NCBI GenBank assembly: GCA_951406725.2
Contig: OX597818.1
Span: 109,492,001-109,556,000 of the forward strand
From: Octopus vulgaris
Taxonomy: Eukaryota
Direction of reading: 5' to 3'
DNA: 64,000 nucleotides
Part shown: piece by piece, positions 12,098-27,121 of the stretch
Layout of the letters: each line of letters begins with the position of its first letter
Position numbering within the stretch: the stretch's first letter is position 1
Made by a program: the position numbers and the translations under genes
Notes under the pieces: model-generated
Databases searched by the model: none
The model's input: the letters and a program-made list of their open reading frames with translations, nothing else
What the model was told of the DNA's origin: nothing

Positions 12098-14121
12098 AGT
12101 GTGTGTGTATACAGACACCCCCCCCCCCCCCCACAAGTCAGATGAGTCCTACTGAGGCAGTATTCTACAGCTAGAACATAAAAATTCCTGGTTTTGCATT
12201 CAAAGTTCATAATTCATTGTCTGTGAAAGCTTTTCAATGTTGACAAACATACTGATTTTTCATAATTTTTGATAATTGATAATCATTTAACAAACACTAC
12301 TTAATAGACAATACCTAACAATGTTAATTGATAATAGGAGAGGATGTGACAAAGAAACAGATACTGAAGGATCATGAAGAGCAAAAAGCAATTCCAATAC
12401 ACCAAATACTCCAGCTTAAATCACAATACACAACCCAAAAAATATAGAAACATAACAGCATTATCCATCAAAACATCCCGTTATTGAATGAAAATCCAAA
12501 AATGAGAAAAAGCACTTAAAACACACACACACACACACATTGTAATAAAAGATGTTACTTAATTTTGTCGGCATGAACTTCAAATGCTTCTGGCAGGGTG
12601 GATGTAGATGCTGTAGAGTGATCATAGAGAATACATAACGCAAACATAAGCCTCAAAAAACTTGAGAGCAGGTTCATTACACTACATTTCACTGGTGAAA
12701 CCAAAACACAAAGAATATACAGGAAACTGTTCCCTATAGACTTGAAGCGTTAAAGCTCAAAGATATCTTGGAGCAAGGCAGTTTCATGTGATCTTAGAGA
12801 AGCAAGTAATACTATAAATATATCTTAATTTATACTAGCATGAAAAAAATGGGCATTAAAACAGATTGTTTTTTGTATATCTTAGAATATGTTCAGTTCT
12901 TTTAGAAATCAGTTTGTACAGAGGACCACTTTAATAAATTATGTCCAGAGGGTTACGGTTCTCTTGATATTTCTCATGACAAGTATTAAGAGCAGGATCC
13001 GAGAGATAAGACATGCATCGGTGGGAGGGGAGGAGGAGGACGAGGAGTGTAACCGTAAACTTGTGATTGAAGAATTTTGAGAGTGAATCTTTGCCATTCA
13101 GTACAATGACCTTCTGATAGGTTTTTTTTTCTTTTTTCTTCTTTTTGTCTTAATAATTAATTAGAAGAAAGTCTGATTCCAGTTAATATCTACTCAAAGC
13201 TAGTCTGTCTGGTTTTCAAGTGAGAAATGAATGATATGAAGATATTGATTTGATCATAATCAAGGTTTGAATATCAGAAAATCTTACAAGAAAACAGTTG
13301 GCTTTTCTTGTTTCATGGTAAAAATCAAGAGAGAAAATCCAAATTCACATTTTTTAGTATTTCAGTTTCCTGAAAACTTTGTACGTGCTTCTGATGCATA
13401 TGGAATATGATTGCTTCATAAGGAAGGGTTGTGTGAGTGGAACCAGTGGAAGAGAAAGAACAAGGAAGACTAGGGATAAAGAGATGAAGGCCAACTGAAG
13501 ATGCTGCATCAGTAATATACAATGCTGCAGAAAACCCAACCACTCATGGTAAAATGTATTCTGACACTTGGGTATTATGTAACAACTGAGATATTTTGTG
13601 CCCTGCCAAGCTGACATATCATGCTACCTCACCATATCCTAGATCGCGCACACCCCATCTGCCTGTTGCTCACATCCTCTTTTTTTCACCCATCACTCAT
13701 AACCTTCCATCTCTTATTTCCCCATCATCAGTGCTGTCCACATTATTCTCATCACTCAGACTCCCTTTCACTAAGTCTACATACAAGAAACAGCACAGGA
13801 CCACAGTACACAATACATCCTATGCTGGTTCCACATAAAAGCACCTGTGACAGTGCCATATAAAAGCACTTGTGCTGGTGTCACATAAAAGAGCCCATGC
13901 TGGTACCATGTAAAAGCGCCCATGCCAGAGCCACATAAAAGCACCCAGCATGCTCAATAAAGTGGTTGGTGTTAGGAAGGGCATCCAGCCATAGAAACCA
14001 TGCCAAAGCAGACAAATGGAGCCTGGCCAGCTCTCTGTCTGGCCAGCTCCTGTCAAACCATCCAAACCATATCAGCATGGAAAACAAACTTTAATGATGA
14101 TATATATGTCTATGTATATAA

Positions 14122-14201
<80 letters not shown>

Positions 14202-15099
14202 TAAAGCTTCCCAACCATGTGGTCATGAGTTGAGTACCACTGCTACTCTAAGCTCTGTTTGACCAAAGCCTTCTGAGTGAATTAGATAGATGGAAGCTGA
14301 AAGAAGTCCATCATGTGTGTGTATGTACACTTGTCTAGACATCACATGAATATTATCATCATACATGCAAGGGTGTTCACTTCCAGTCTTCAGTAAAAAA
14401 CATGTCTGGCGATGAGGTAATATCACCTTGCTTGGAAACTGGTGGCAGTTGGAAAAGGAAAGGCACTGGCTGTAGTAAATCTGCCTCAATAAATTCTGTC
14501 TGAGTCATGTAAAGATGGAGAAGTAGTCATTAAATTATGATGATTGTGATGATGACATACTCATATATATTACAACATATAAGCAATGTACACAGACATT
14601 AAACAATGAAAAATACAAACAACTACACTTTCATACGTTTTAATGCAAAACAAATAAAACTACAGCAAACTCAATTTACATCTTTTCTACACCAGATACC
14701 TCACAATAATTATAATGGTAATCATAAAAAAACATATTAAGTTTCACTTATGATCCAAAATTAACATTACAACTCGCATATAAAATACTGAAAAAGTGTA
14801 ACAAAGCACTTAATATTTTTAATCTCTAACTTTTTGTTTAGAGTGTATAAAGAAAAACTAATGCAAAGCAATCATATGACTGATATATTCCCAGATCAGC
14901 CATCAGTTCAATTAAAAGAAATTAGCTACAATAATTATAAAATATCCTCTACGCATTAAGTGGTGTAACATAATGCTAACATATTTCTAATACAAACTGA
15001 CACACAAGAAATATATCCAAACTGAGAAACACATAGATATTCAGTACAAATTCTTTTTACAAATAATACATGTTAAATAAACAACAAAAAAGCTTTGCC

Positions 15100-15900
15100 C
15101 AACACAGAAACTACAATACCCAGGGGTTATTACAAGCCCTTCCAAATCCACCAGTGTTGAGAAACCTTTTTGCATCATCAGCAGGCCTCTCAGGGTCACA
15201 AGCATTTCACCTTTTGATCATAGATCTTCTTGAATGGGGCAGTGGGAAGTGAATTAGTCTTTCCTTGCAGAAGAGTTCCAGGCAGCTTCAGTACAGAGTG
15301 AGGCTGCTTGCCATCCTTTGGCACTTAACAAATCAAACAAATCCTGATATGTGGTTTTCTTTAGCTGATGACGAATGTCAAGTCTGTCCACCCAGGGTTT
15401 TGGAAGTTCAACCACAATGATTGTTTTTACACTTCTGCAGAGCAACAACCTCTCTGTCAGAATCTGCCTTTCCAGTTCATTCGCATCTCTCCTAGTCTCA
15501 GGCTAGATGCAAAATACAAAATGGGTCTCCTATTGGTGCTTTCATCTTAGAAGCCTTGTCACCTTTTTTTTAGGAACCTGATCCCCATGGCTGATGACAG
15601 TTGCTGTTTGTTGATTTTAACCCTCTGCATGTCTGTCCATTTGGCAATTTCTGCAAGAATCTTGTCATACCTTCTGGAGCATCTAGCCAAAATGTGGGCC
15701 AGCGTGCAAATAGTTGATCCACACTGCTGGCAGGATGGGCCCTCCTCTTTGTCCCACATTTTGAAGTTATTAAGGATCAGCAGGAGGTCAGTAATAGCAT
15801 GAAAGAGGACAATTTTCCCTTGTCAGTACTCTAGAGTTCTGTCCAGGGCAATTGTCTCTGATAGTCCTACTGCCTTTACATGGGGATCGTCCCTAAACAT
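15100..15900 (-). mobile_element. Decayed RLE-type non-LTR retrotransposon (HERO/NeSL-like), Zn-knuckle and endonuclease
   Basis: CQQCGSTICTLAHILARC (CCHC), RRYDKIL, IIVVELPKPWVDRL..KKTTYQDL..GW. Confidence 0.8.
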
Positions 15901-15920
15901 CTAAGCACAGAGGCACAGGA

Positions 15921-16290
15921 GTGGCATTGTGACCCAGCAAAACCGGATCATAGTGCTAGTGCATGCATATACAGCTGTGTGCGTGCGCACATATACGCAA
16001 GTACTGTCCAAATCTCCGATCAATCACATACAGCTAGCTGGCATTCAATTGGCATATCAAGTTTCGGGCATTTTGATTGGGTTTTGGGTAGAAAATTCAC
16101 AAAAAAGTCACTTCTATTGATTTTTTAATGGCTTTGCGGGGTGACTGGGGAAATGTAAAGATGTGCACAACCACCCTTGGACGGTTTTGAATGACCATAG
16201 AAAGTGCGAGCCCTCTAACTGAAAAATTGTGGATTTGAATAAAGGACATGCACACACATTTTCCCTTTTATATATAGAGAGATAGAGATA
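15921..16290 (-). mobile_element. Non-autonomous Helitron, decayed
   Basis: One end is homologous to the Helitron 3' end at 37850 (GCATTGTGACCCAG..GGATCATAGTGCTAGTGCATG). The other end reads CCCTTTTATATATAGA (TCTATATATAAAA 5' terminus on -). Confidence 0.55.
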
Positions 16291-17607
16291 AAAAGGCAGG
16301 CTGGTCACAACTTAAAGATGCTTTGGATCATAGATCTGCTCAATAAAATTTGATCTTAGGCTCAACAACAACCCTGATTATCTCAGCTCTGGTTACAAAT
16401 AAGAATGAACAGCTGTATCATGTCCTAACTATTACAGTACACTCTACACAAAAAACCATAGCATGACCATGTGAGGTGTAATCATGAATGAAATTGGAAA
16501 ATGAAAAGGAGAGCAAATCCAGAGTGCTGGATTGGTGGAATAGTCTATACTGCGTGATTGGCTAACACCATGCAACAGGTTTGCTTCGATAAAAACTCAA
16601 ATAAAACCAAACATTTATTTTCAACTGTAAAAATTTACCAAAACACCAACATCCAGGGATCTTTTAAAGAGGAAGCATATCCCATTGCTAGAGTAAGAGG
16701 ACACCAGGATCTACAGTCAATACTACGAAAGGTAGATGAAAACCTGAGACATATATTTTTTGGGGGGGGTGCGTATGTGTGAGTGTATATATATATATAT
16801 ATTACAGATGTAATTTTCAAGTGTGGATGCAGGAGTGTGTGTGTGTGGTTTATTTATATGTGTATATATATATATATATACATACACACACACTCACACA
16901 TACATATGTAAAGCTACTACTATACCTCAATAACAGACTACAGTAGATACCCTCTATTGCACACAGCTCCACACAAAGAATTAAGCAAAGCTTTCATCAT
17001 CGATGGAAATAAGAATAAATTAGTAAATTGCAGAACAAATCAAATCAAAGACAAATGAAAGAACTACAACAAAGGCACACAATAAAAATATACAAACAAT
17101 CCATTATGAAAACCACTCTAGCTCAGATATTAAAACTAATCAAAAGAGTTATTAAACAAAGAACTAAACCATTTGTAACTTCAGAAATTTTATCATATAA
17201 TTTCAATAAAGATATTGCATCCACAGAATTAGAGAATCAAATATCATGGGTTCAAAGTCAATCAATGGCACACTTTGAAACTACAAAAGCTGCTTCAGAC
17301 GTAAATCAGCAATTCCAGCAGTACCATTCCATCGTCATACCCTTTAGCTACAGTCTTCGTATTTTTCCACTTACTTCACTCTTGGATTCAAGAGAATTTG
17401 TAGAAACTATCCATTAGCAAGGGAGACATATGGGGAGAAAATAAGTTAAAAATTCTCTTTGTGACAAATCATTTGGGAACCTCCATGCTGGGATTCAACC
17501 TACTAGATGTAGAAACCATCAAATCACATCTTTAAAAAATAAGTAAATAAATAAAAGAATACATTGGTCTTAGATACAATGTCTGATAGGAAGAAAAATG
17601 GTATTAT

Positions 17608-17842
17608 CAAAGGCGGTGAGTTGCCAGAAACGTTAGCACACCAGGCGAAATGCTTAGCGGTATTTTGTCTGCCGTTACATTCTGAGTTCAAATTCCGCCG
17701 AGGTCGACTTTGCCTTTCATCCTTTCGGGGTCAATAAACTAAGTACCAGTTACGCACTAGAGTCGATATAATCAACTTAATCCGTTTGTCTGTCCTTGTT
17801 TGTCCCCTCTGTGTTTAGCCCCTTGTGGGTAGTAAAGAAATA
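17608..17842 (+). mobile_element. Meta-type tRNA SINE, full length
   Basis: Same family as 5800-6027; flanked by TATTATCAAAG on both sides (TSD-like). Confidence 0.85.
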
Positions 17843-19977
17843 GCTATTATCAAAGCTGTAATGTTTCATAAGTCAGCTAGATTTGGCCAGACATGAGGTT
17901 TAACATAAAATAACGACATCCTTTCACAGAGCAGCTTTGACAATACACTACTGATTTCCTACACACCGTATCACGATTTCTCTTTAGTCCTGTTACATAT
18001 CCTACTTTCCATTACATTCAATCCTAACATTAACACAATCCCAATTAACCTATCCTAAAAATATCAGATATAAAATGAGTGTTTGGTGAAGACTAAGAAT
18101 TATAACGGTCATATGATGTACAGGACTAGTATAATATCTAAACAGCTGACAAGAGAAAAATGCATGTTTTACAAGACTTAGAGAAGGAAATGCTTAGGGG
18201 ACTTTTTTATTGTTATTATTTTTTAAGGACCATCAAGACTGGTGATGGAGAAAGAGAAAGATATCAGGATTTATAGACTGTAGGGAGCAGCAGCGTATCA
18301 GGTATCAAAGTATCTTCTGATTGGATACCTGTCCCAAATGCTTGCAGCAGAGTGGACTTCGTTAATGACAGCCAACCAACAGATTAAGTCAATCACTCTT
18401 GTGAATAAGTGTTTCGCTGGCAGACAATACACAGTGGCTTAGATGTGTGTATCATTACAGTATTACAGACACTAATGAAATTAACTTTCTGGACAATTTG
18501 TGAATGAAGAGCACAGTAACCCTTACAGGAAATTACAAAAGTAAAACAGTATATGCAAAATTTAGTTCAGCAACAAAATATGTTAGTGTAACATGATTTG
18601 TAAAGAAAAACATGAGAATTTGAAGAAAGTAAGGATGAGCAACTTTGGCAAAGAACAGTAGCATTTAGAATGTAAAGCAAGAAATGTCAGTGAGTAAAGA
18701 GACAGTTTAGTTCAACGGCTTCATGTAAGGTCCGTCAACAGAGAAAGATGGATATTATGTTGGTAGGTCATCATTGACAAGGTGTTGCTTTTTGCCATTG
18801 TAGAAGTTATGCCACTTATTGAGTATTATACATTCCCAAACTACCTAACTGACCAGGTGAGTGACTCGCATGTACCCTACTCCAGATATTGTAAGTGTCT
18901 TAGTGACTATCCCTGACAGACAAGATTATTCTTCTGCTTTCATACCCTTATGGTTGCACTTGAAACCAAGCGGCAATCAAATTTAATGGTCAGTTCCTCT
19001 ATTGAGTCTTTCTGAGTTAGTCCCTTCTCTTCTCTTTCCTATATATTACCAACTTTCAAATTTTATTTTTCATATACTTAATGTATTTTATAACTAGATG
19101 TTGTTAGTGACCTTTTGGCTTTTCTTTTTGCATTTTTTGTTGTTTATTTTCTGCTTGTGACCATTTAAGCAATGAAGTAGCAGTGCTCTACATGCTTTTA
19201 ATATGCCAGTAAAGATAAGGAGGAGCTGTGCTCATATGCTTTATGTGTCTTCTGAGAGTGGTCAGATTGATGTAGTTGTCTTTCCAAAGACATGTATAAT
19301 CAGAACTTTCATTATCATCAGTATAATACTATTTTTTTTTTAAATTAAAATGTAACAGTTATGGATGTACTATAGCAGACACTAATATATATTTCCTCCA
19401 AAAAGCTCCCTGGGTTCCTCTCAACCAATAGCTTACTTCACAATTTCACTATCATCTTCATGCATTACATCCTATTAGGGTACTGCTTTCCTTTGAACCA
19501 ACAAGGCTTATCATCAACAAAGAAAGGGAACCAGGTACAAAAGATAATGTAATCAAAGATATACTGTGAGAAAAAGACAAGACGGTCAAGACAAAAATGC
19601 CTCTGATCATAATCCTACTTCATCAGAAGTGACTTCAGTTTAACAACTTTTGCTTTTCAAATACATCAACGAATATCGCTTACAAATCTAAGTTGTACAA
19701 AACCTTTCTCTCAAGTTTAAACACACTCAATGAATCACACTCTGTTAGTTTCTCCAGTTAATATCAATTCTTCATGCCTTGAACTTTTACCAGTTTCTCC
19801 AGACTCAGAATAGCTGACAGCCAAAGTCATCAACAGAACATTTGTCAATATTAAAACCAGTGAGGTCAAGTTCTATTTACATCTTTCCAGGTTCATCATC
19901 ACAAGTAAAAGTCAAGTAAAGGGGTCAAAATGATCAACTTTACCCCTTACACAAATCTGACCACAAATCAATATTAA

Positions 19978-20188
19978 CCCTTTTCTTACCAACCCGGCTG
20001 AAGCCGGCTCTAGCGCTGAGGACAAATGTCATGCTTTCATAAGTTTTGAATTAAAATCTTCTTAGTCACAATTTATGTTCCTAACACTAGCTGAGTAATA
20101 ACTAAGTTATTTTACTAAATTCTTTGTTATATTTAAAGTAACTGAAAGAAACACAGAGCATCTCAACAGAAATACAGTAATGAAAGGG
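19978..20188. mobile_element. piggyBac-like MITE
   Basis: TTAA|CCCTTTTCTTAC ... GTAATGAAAGGG|TTAA. Confidence 0.7.
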
Positions 20189-21133
20189 TTAAAGCTAACA
20201 TAATAAATGAAAATAGAAGTAAAAACCAGTGTATGCTGAATACTGATGCCATTCACAACCTCCTAATCTGTTTTGCGTGGGTACTTGAAAATGCAGATTT
20301 TGCCATTTTGAAAAGCTTGTAGTCAGAGCTACCACTTACATGCCTTAGTCATATTGTGAAGATTATTTATTTTGTGGTTTCTAATTTTGAATACAAGGGA
20401 AGCTTCATTGTTAAGCAGGCTACCACTCCTCTCAAGGTTTGTGTCTCAATGAAAATAGAACAGTGGAGTTGAAGTCAACATCAGAGTCAATAAAAAACTG
20501 CACTAATTCTGACTCAATGAAAACTAATAAAATCCATTAAATTTTTCACCAATAAAAATACTAATTTGATAGCTAGCTACTCAAAAATAATCAAACCAGA
20601 TTTAAGGTCTTCTATGAAGGAGAATCTAGAAGGAGTAACTCTATTCCCAACATGATATTACTAAGTTTTGGATTTGGATTTTTGATTTAACCCCTATTCA
20701 ATAGATACAAATTTTCTTTGATAAATGCTGTAAGGCTGTAAGGATAAACTGTTCAATCTTCTTCATTCATTTAATGTAATCTTTCATGTTACAGTCACTC
20801 AATGTTATAGTCAAACAATGCTTTAATCTCAAAACAAAGGGTTATGTAAGTTGTTGAGTTTATTTCTTATAAAACGGTCATTTGTTAAGTTGCTTTAGGT
20901 CTTTCAGTACTTTAGATGTTTGAAGTGGTAAACAAAGATCTTCCCAATAGTCTTTTATAGTATGTTTATAGTTTATTTCTTTTACATCCTTTTTATAGCC
21001 TTTTGATAAAAATCCTTTTCGTTTCTGTAAGTTTTGTCATGTTCTTAGTTATTTGTAACTTATTCAATAAATAATATAAAAAGTGTCACGGTGGTAGAGC
21101 TAGAACCTTCAAACCCAAATCTTAACAAGTTAG

Positions 21134-21615
21134 CCCTTCAACATTTAAACCAGCCATATCAGCAGGGCTGTGGAGTCGAAACAAAAAAACTTCAACTCTG
21201 ACTCCTATCCTATTGACACCTCTGACTCCAACTCCTCTTTATGTAATTAAGTGATTGTGGTCTACATATCTCATAAAGCATACGTACTTTGAGTAGGCCT
21301 ATATGTTATAACTAATTTAGATTAAAGAATAAAGACATTATGAGTCAGAGTCAGTAAAACTATACTAACTCTGACTCCAGTTACTCTTTAATTATTTCCA
21401 ACTCAGACTCTTTAGCCCTCCATATTGGGCCTAAATTTTCTATTTGTTTGACATTCAAACTGGCCAGATCTATCCTCTCACACTTACCCTACAATGTCAT
21501 TCTAAAAACAATCAAATCACTGAAATCTTGAAGCTACAAGTTAATGCATAATTAATTCAAAACAAAATGAATGAACAAGCATTATATATGACAGAGTAAT
21601 GTGATTACTAAAGGG
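21134..21615. mobile_element. piggyBac-like MITE interrupted by a hAT-like MITE (21163-21420)
   Basis: Outer TTAG|CCCTT...AAGGG|TTAA; inner CAGGGCTGTGGAGTC...GACTCTTTAGCCCTC with degenerate 8-bp TSD CATATCAG/CATATTGG. Confidence 0.6.
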
Positions 21616-22473
21616 TTAAGGGGCTAAAAAGTATATAAACACTGTTGTGTGTGTATAGTATAATAATATAATCAGACTGGAATCTGGTGCAGCCCCTCAG
21701 CTTACCAGCCCATGCCAGCATGGACAACAGACATTAAATGATGATAATGATGATAGTCCTCTCTACTATAAGGACAAGGTCTAAAATTTGGGGAGAGGGG
21801 TTAGTTGATTACATCAACCCCAGTACACAACTGGCACTGATTTTATTGCCCCGAAAAGGATGAAAGGCAAAAATCGACCTGAGTAGAATTTGAACTAAGA
21901 TTGTAAAGATGAATGAAATACTGCTAAGCATTTTGCCCAGGGAGCTAACAATTTTGCCAGCTTGCTACCTTAACAAAGATAATAAACGAATATACAATTA
22001 GTTTAATTACTGGGATGTTGAAGTTAGTGAGAAAAGGAATACTTTAGTTATTAAAGGATGCGTTTTTCTTACAGTTGGATGCCCTTCCTACACATAACGA
22101 TCAACCAGGAAGTAGGGGTGTGTTTTCTGTCTACCAGAATAAGCAGAGTTAGTTACTTAGCTCAGGCACATAATACAATTACAATAGCAGCGTCTTTTTG
22201 TAAGACTTAGATAGGGAAATGCACCAACCTTGTGAGCCTTTGTATTTTTCAGGACCTCCAAGGTTAATGGAAAGAAGTTATCCATGAAGCAGAGACTTGG
22301 CCCAATTGCTTGCAAAACAGTGAACTCAGTTACAGGCACCCAAGGACCATTTGGTCATGTTAAAGTAACAAATTAAGCTTACCTACCATCCAAGAACTCA
22401 GAAGAAATACCACAAGGTATCTCTCTTCTAATATGGTGACAGTCCACCTATCTTAGTCCAAGGACTGAGATAG

Positions 22474-22511
<38 letters not shown>

Positions 22512-24239
22512 CATCTAGTATGTTGAATTTTGTTCATTTTTATGTGTCTTGATTATGCCTGCACTAACGCTTAGAAAGTGGATTATGTGCACTAACTATG
22601 AAATCATATGATTTGTGGCTGAATCTGTTTTTAGGGGTTGGCTTCCAAGTTGGATTCCCTTGCTGTCACTACACTGTATATTTATTATGGTAGTTTTGAC
22701 TTTAAGAGTCCCTCATAGCATGAGGCTTTTTCTTCTAATAATGCTCTTAATATAAATACACACACACACACACAGCTTTGATCAGCTTGAGGCTATAGTA
22801 GAAGACACCTGCCCAAGGTGCCACACAGTGGGTCTGAACCTGGAACCATGTCATTGGGAAGTAGACTTCTTATTACAGAGCTACATCTGCATCTTTGAGA
22901 AAGGTGTGAATACTATTGCAGCTGGTCAACTGATCACATGCCACTTAAGAGAAATATCCATTTCTTACATCAGTTTAAAGTTTAAAATTTATAGGATGAA
23001 GAGTATGGCGGATAAAATCAGCCTTAGAATGATTAAAGATAAAGTCAACTCTACTGGAAATGTAGAGATTAACAAAATTCCTTCATATCACACTCTACCA
23101 TCTTAGAATGGAACACTTTGAATAAAAGAGTCCTAGATATACTACAAGTGAATACATAAAAAAGGGGGACATGACTAGAAATTAACAGAGTATGATTTAT
23201 TAGATGCATATGATCTTGATCAGTGGTCTGCCCAAAGAGGACTGACTCAGGGCTAAATAACAGCTAAACTCTGTTCGACAGTTACTGGCTCTCTGCTATT
23301 TCTACCGACTCTCTTACTGTTATCATTGTTGTAGAACAAATGTAAAAGCACACATTCATATTATATAAGTTGACTTAAAAAGAATATTGCTGTACTGCTG
23401 GATAATCTTATTAGTACTACATTAATATTGTATAAAGTCCTAACAAAATGATCGATTTAGCAGTTACCACTTTGTCTTGTGGTGCTTTTAACAATGTTGC
23501 AATATGTTGCAGTCAAACCTTGCTACCTCATGTATTTCCATAGATATTTTAGGTTGGGCATGTATCAATATCACCAGTCTACAAAGGATCTGTAAAGACC
23601 ATGGACAGTACCACTCCTATCCAAGCAAATATATACAAAGATCGTTATGATCAAAAACATACCAAGCATGACCATCCTGTTTTGATTGTTTATTTCTTAT
23701 ATGCGACTACATTATCCTATGCAAACTTCCATTTTTAGGACAGTTTGATTTAAGGGAGATTTGGTTGCTGATTCTAGCAGAATGAATGACTAAATACTGG
23801 ACCTGCATTATGTTTTAGTTGTATTACTTACTAGTTGTATACCAATTTCTAAAGAGTTTTGCACAATGGAAGGTTTTGCAAATTCCAACATATGCCCTTC
23901 AATCATTGGGCAATAAACTGCACTTGCAAAGACCTGTTTGGGCAAATGAAACCGTTGTCGTGGCCAATGCCAGTGCCACCCGACTTGTCCCGTGCTGGTG
24001 GCATAGCGTGATTGTTGCCAATGCTGCCTCACTGGCTCCCATGCCAGTGGCACGTAAAAAGCCCCATTCAAGCATGGTTGATGCCAGTTCCGCCTGACTC
24101 ACACTCATAGCAGTGGCACGTAAAAAGTACTCACTACACTCTAGTTTACGAAATTTTCAGTGACAAACGACCTTCAGTAGCGAATTAAATTTGTAAACCA
24201 ACGTTCTACTCTGTGTGTATGTGTACACACACTCTCTCC

Positions 24240-24945
24240 CACACACACACACCTCATTACATGTCATTATTTCATTTGCATATCTATGTTTGCATGACTT
24301 GGACAGGTTCCCTCCAACACATCTTTCTCTACCAAATTTTCCTTTAATTTGGATTTCCTTAAACTTCATTAGCCACCTGTTATCATCCATATGCATTACA
24401 TGCTTGTGCCCACTCCAGATCAACAAATACAAGACAGACAAATTTATCCTTAGCTAAAAATTTCTCTTGCAGCTGCCTCACCACAGAAAGAGTATCACTA
24501 GTGCTACAACCAGGCATAAACCCAAACTGCATGGAAGCTGATTAACTTCCTAATAAATTGTATTAATAAACTTTCTATTACTTTCATAATTTGGTACATC
24601 AGTCTGATACATTTGTACATACTCCTTTCTACAACACATCCTTTTCCCTCGTAACAGTTGATGATTTTACTGCTACGCTAGTCTTTGAGTATGACCAGGT
24701 TCATTAGGGAGGCCTGCTCAAGCCTTACTTTAGCAGATATTTTCAGCATTTCAGCAACATATATCTCATAGTCTTGTTGCTTCCTCATCTTAGTATCCTT
24801 AATAACCATTTTAACAATAACTGTCAACTTCATCAGCTGGTCCCTCTGTTCAATATATCAGGTGGTTCTTTCTCTTCCTACACACATTCATCAATCAGCT
24901 TCTCATAATAGCATTTCCAAACCTCTTTCATTTCATCACACATTT
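24240..24945 (-). mobile_element. Decayed RTE-clade LINE RT fragment
   Basis: MQFGFMPGCSTSDTL and WSGHKHVMHMDDNRWLMK..IKGKFGR on the minus strand. Confidence 0.7.
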
Positions 24946-25659
24946 GATATATAACAACAACAATAACACCGCTACCACCACCACCCATCCACCATTCTGC
25001 TACCATAACTGTTTAATATATGTTTAAATAATCAAGAGTTTGAAAAGGTTTAATAAAATAACTTTTTCATTATCAAGTTGGGGTTTAAAATACAATAAAA
25101 TAAAGTGATAAAATTGTCCAAATTAAGAAGGTATTAATTTAGATATGGGCAGTGTAAAACTGTTAGTTCTGGCACAAAATCAAAAGCTGTCTCAAGTAAG
25201 TTGGTATCAAAATCATTAACAGCCACTATTGCATAAAATATTAAAAATACTAATATTACACTACATTAAAAAAAAATAAACATTAAATAAGATGAAATAT
25301 GTAACTCATTAACTTGATGAAAATCAGAAAAACATTTGTGAGAGTTTATTAAGGTGAAGAGAAAATTGAAAGAGAAAATGGTAAAACTTACTAGAGCAAG
25401 TAAAAAAGCTTATCTTTTAAAAAGACTTAACAATTAGTCATAATGTGAAGAACATACAACTGAATCACTCAACCGCAATATAGTACAGGTAATTCTTTAG
25501 CAACATCTGCCTAACTAAATCTGAAAAAAAAAATTCCATCGTGACATAAACTTGAATCAGTAAACACTGAACTAAATGTAATCCAAACACTACCATAAGC
25601 CCATGATCAGAAAACATAATTCGTTTACATAAATACATACATGTATCTAATATATAAAA

Positions 25660-26035
25660 TTGTTTACTCTTTTACTTGTTTCAGTCATTTGACTGCAGCC
25701 ATGCTGGAGTACCATCTTTATTCGAGCAAATCAACCGCAGGACTTATTCTTTGTAAGCCTAGTACTTTTTCTCTCTGCTGAACCACAAGGTTACGGGGAC
25801 ATAAATGCACAAGCATCAGTTGTCAAGTGATGGTGGTGGGGACAAGCAGACGCACACACACATATATATATTTATATATATGACAGGCTTCTTTCAGTTT
25901 CTGTCTACCAAATCCACTCACAAGGCTCTAATAGGCCCGGGCTATAGAAGAAGGCATGTGCTCAAGGTTCCACACAGTGGGACTGAACCCAGAACCATGT
26001 GGTTGGTAAGCAAGCTACTTACCACACAGCCACGT
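25660..26035 (-). mobile_element. CORE-type tRNA SINE
   Basis: GGCTGTGTGGTAAG...GGTTCAGTCCC...CCTTG(A/G)GCA; same family as 31648-32080. Confidence 0.75.
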
Positions 26036-26370
26036 TTGTTTGTCACTAATGCACACAAAAACCAGTCAACCAATCATGTTCAAACTTGGCATAAAAGGTC
26101 CTAAGACTTAGATATAGATTGTCCTCAAATTTGGACCTATATTCTTTTAAGGGACAGGAGATGGTCCTCATTCAATGTAGTTTTGGTTGTTTACCAAAAA
26201 TAAATGCAAGTTAATGTAGTATGTGTGTGTGACATGCTGTTGTTAGCAGGTGTGTTCACCCCTTTCTCTCTTCTTAATTGACTTAATGTGAATGGACAGG
26301 AAATACCTTGTACATGGTCAGCGCCTTAGCTAGAAATGGCAGTGAAATGACATCAGATGTACTCTCTCTC

Positions 26371-26371
26371 C

Positions 26372-26411
<40 letters not shown>

Positions 26412-26419
26412 ATATATAT

Positions 26420-26468
<49 letters not shown>

Positions 26469-26514
26469 TATATATATATACACACACACACATATATATA
26501 CACACACACACACA

Positions 26515-26564
<50 letters not shown>

Positions 26565-26691
26565 CACACACACACATATATACACACACACACACATATA
26601 TATACACACACACATATATATACACACACACACATATATACACACATATATATACACACACACACACATATATATACACACACACACACAC

Positions 26692-26722
<31 letters not shown>

Positions 26723-26729
26723 TATATAT

Positions 26730-26760
<31 letters not shown>

Positions 26761-26849
26761 CACACACACACACATATATATACACACACACACACACACA
26801 TATATATACACACACACACATATATATATACACACACACACATATATAT

Positions 26850-26880
<31 letters not shown>

Positions 26881-26897
26881 CACACACACATATATAT

Positions 26898-26930
<33 letters not shown>

Positions 26931-26981
26931 CACACACATATATATATACACACACACACACACATATATACACACACACAC

Positions 26982-27026
<45 letters not shown>

Positions 27027-27069
27027 CACACACATACACACACATACATATATATATATACACACACAT

Positions 27070-27121
<52 letters not shown>

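Noticed and set aside
12559-12610. Minus-strand exon ASTSTLPEAFEVHADKIK
   Set aside because: Plausible acceptor but weak donor, and it fits no expected MASTL kinase sequence
17028-17417. 129-aa ORF as a host gene
   Set aside because: Non-ATG start, A-rich, no recognisable domain or splice signals; probably a decayed retroelement
25460-25510. ADVAKELPVLYCG resembling DENR (VLYCG)
   Set aside because: Bounded by stops, no following CSLP motif and no other DENR exons
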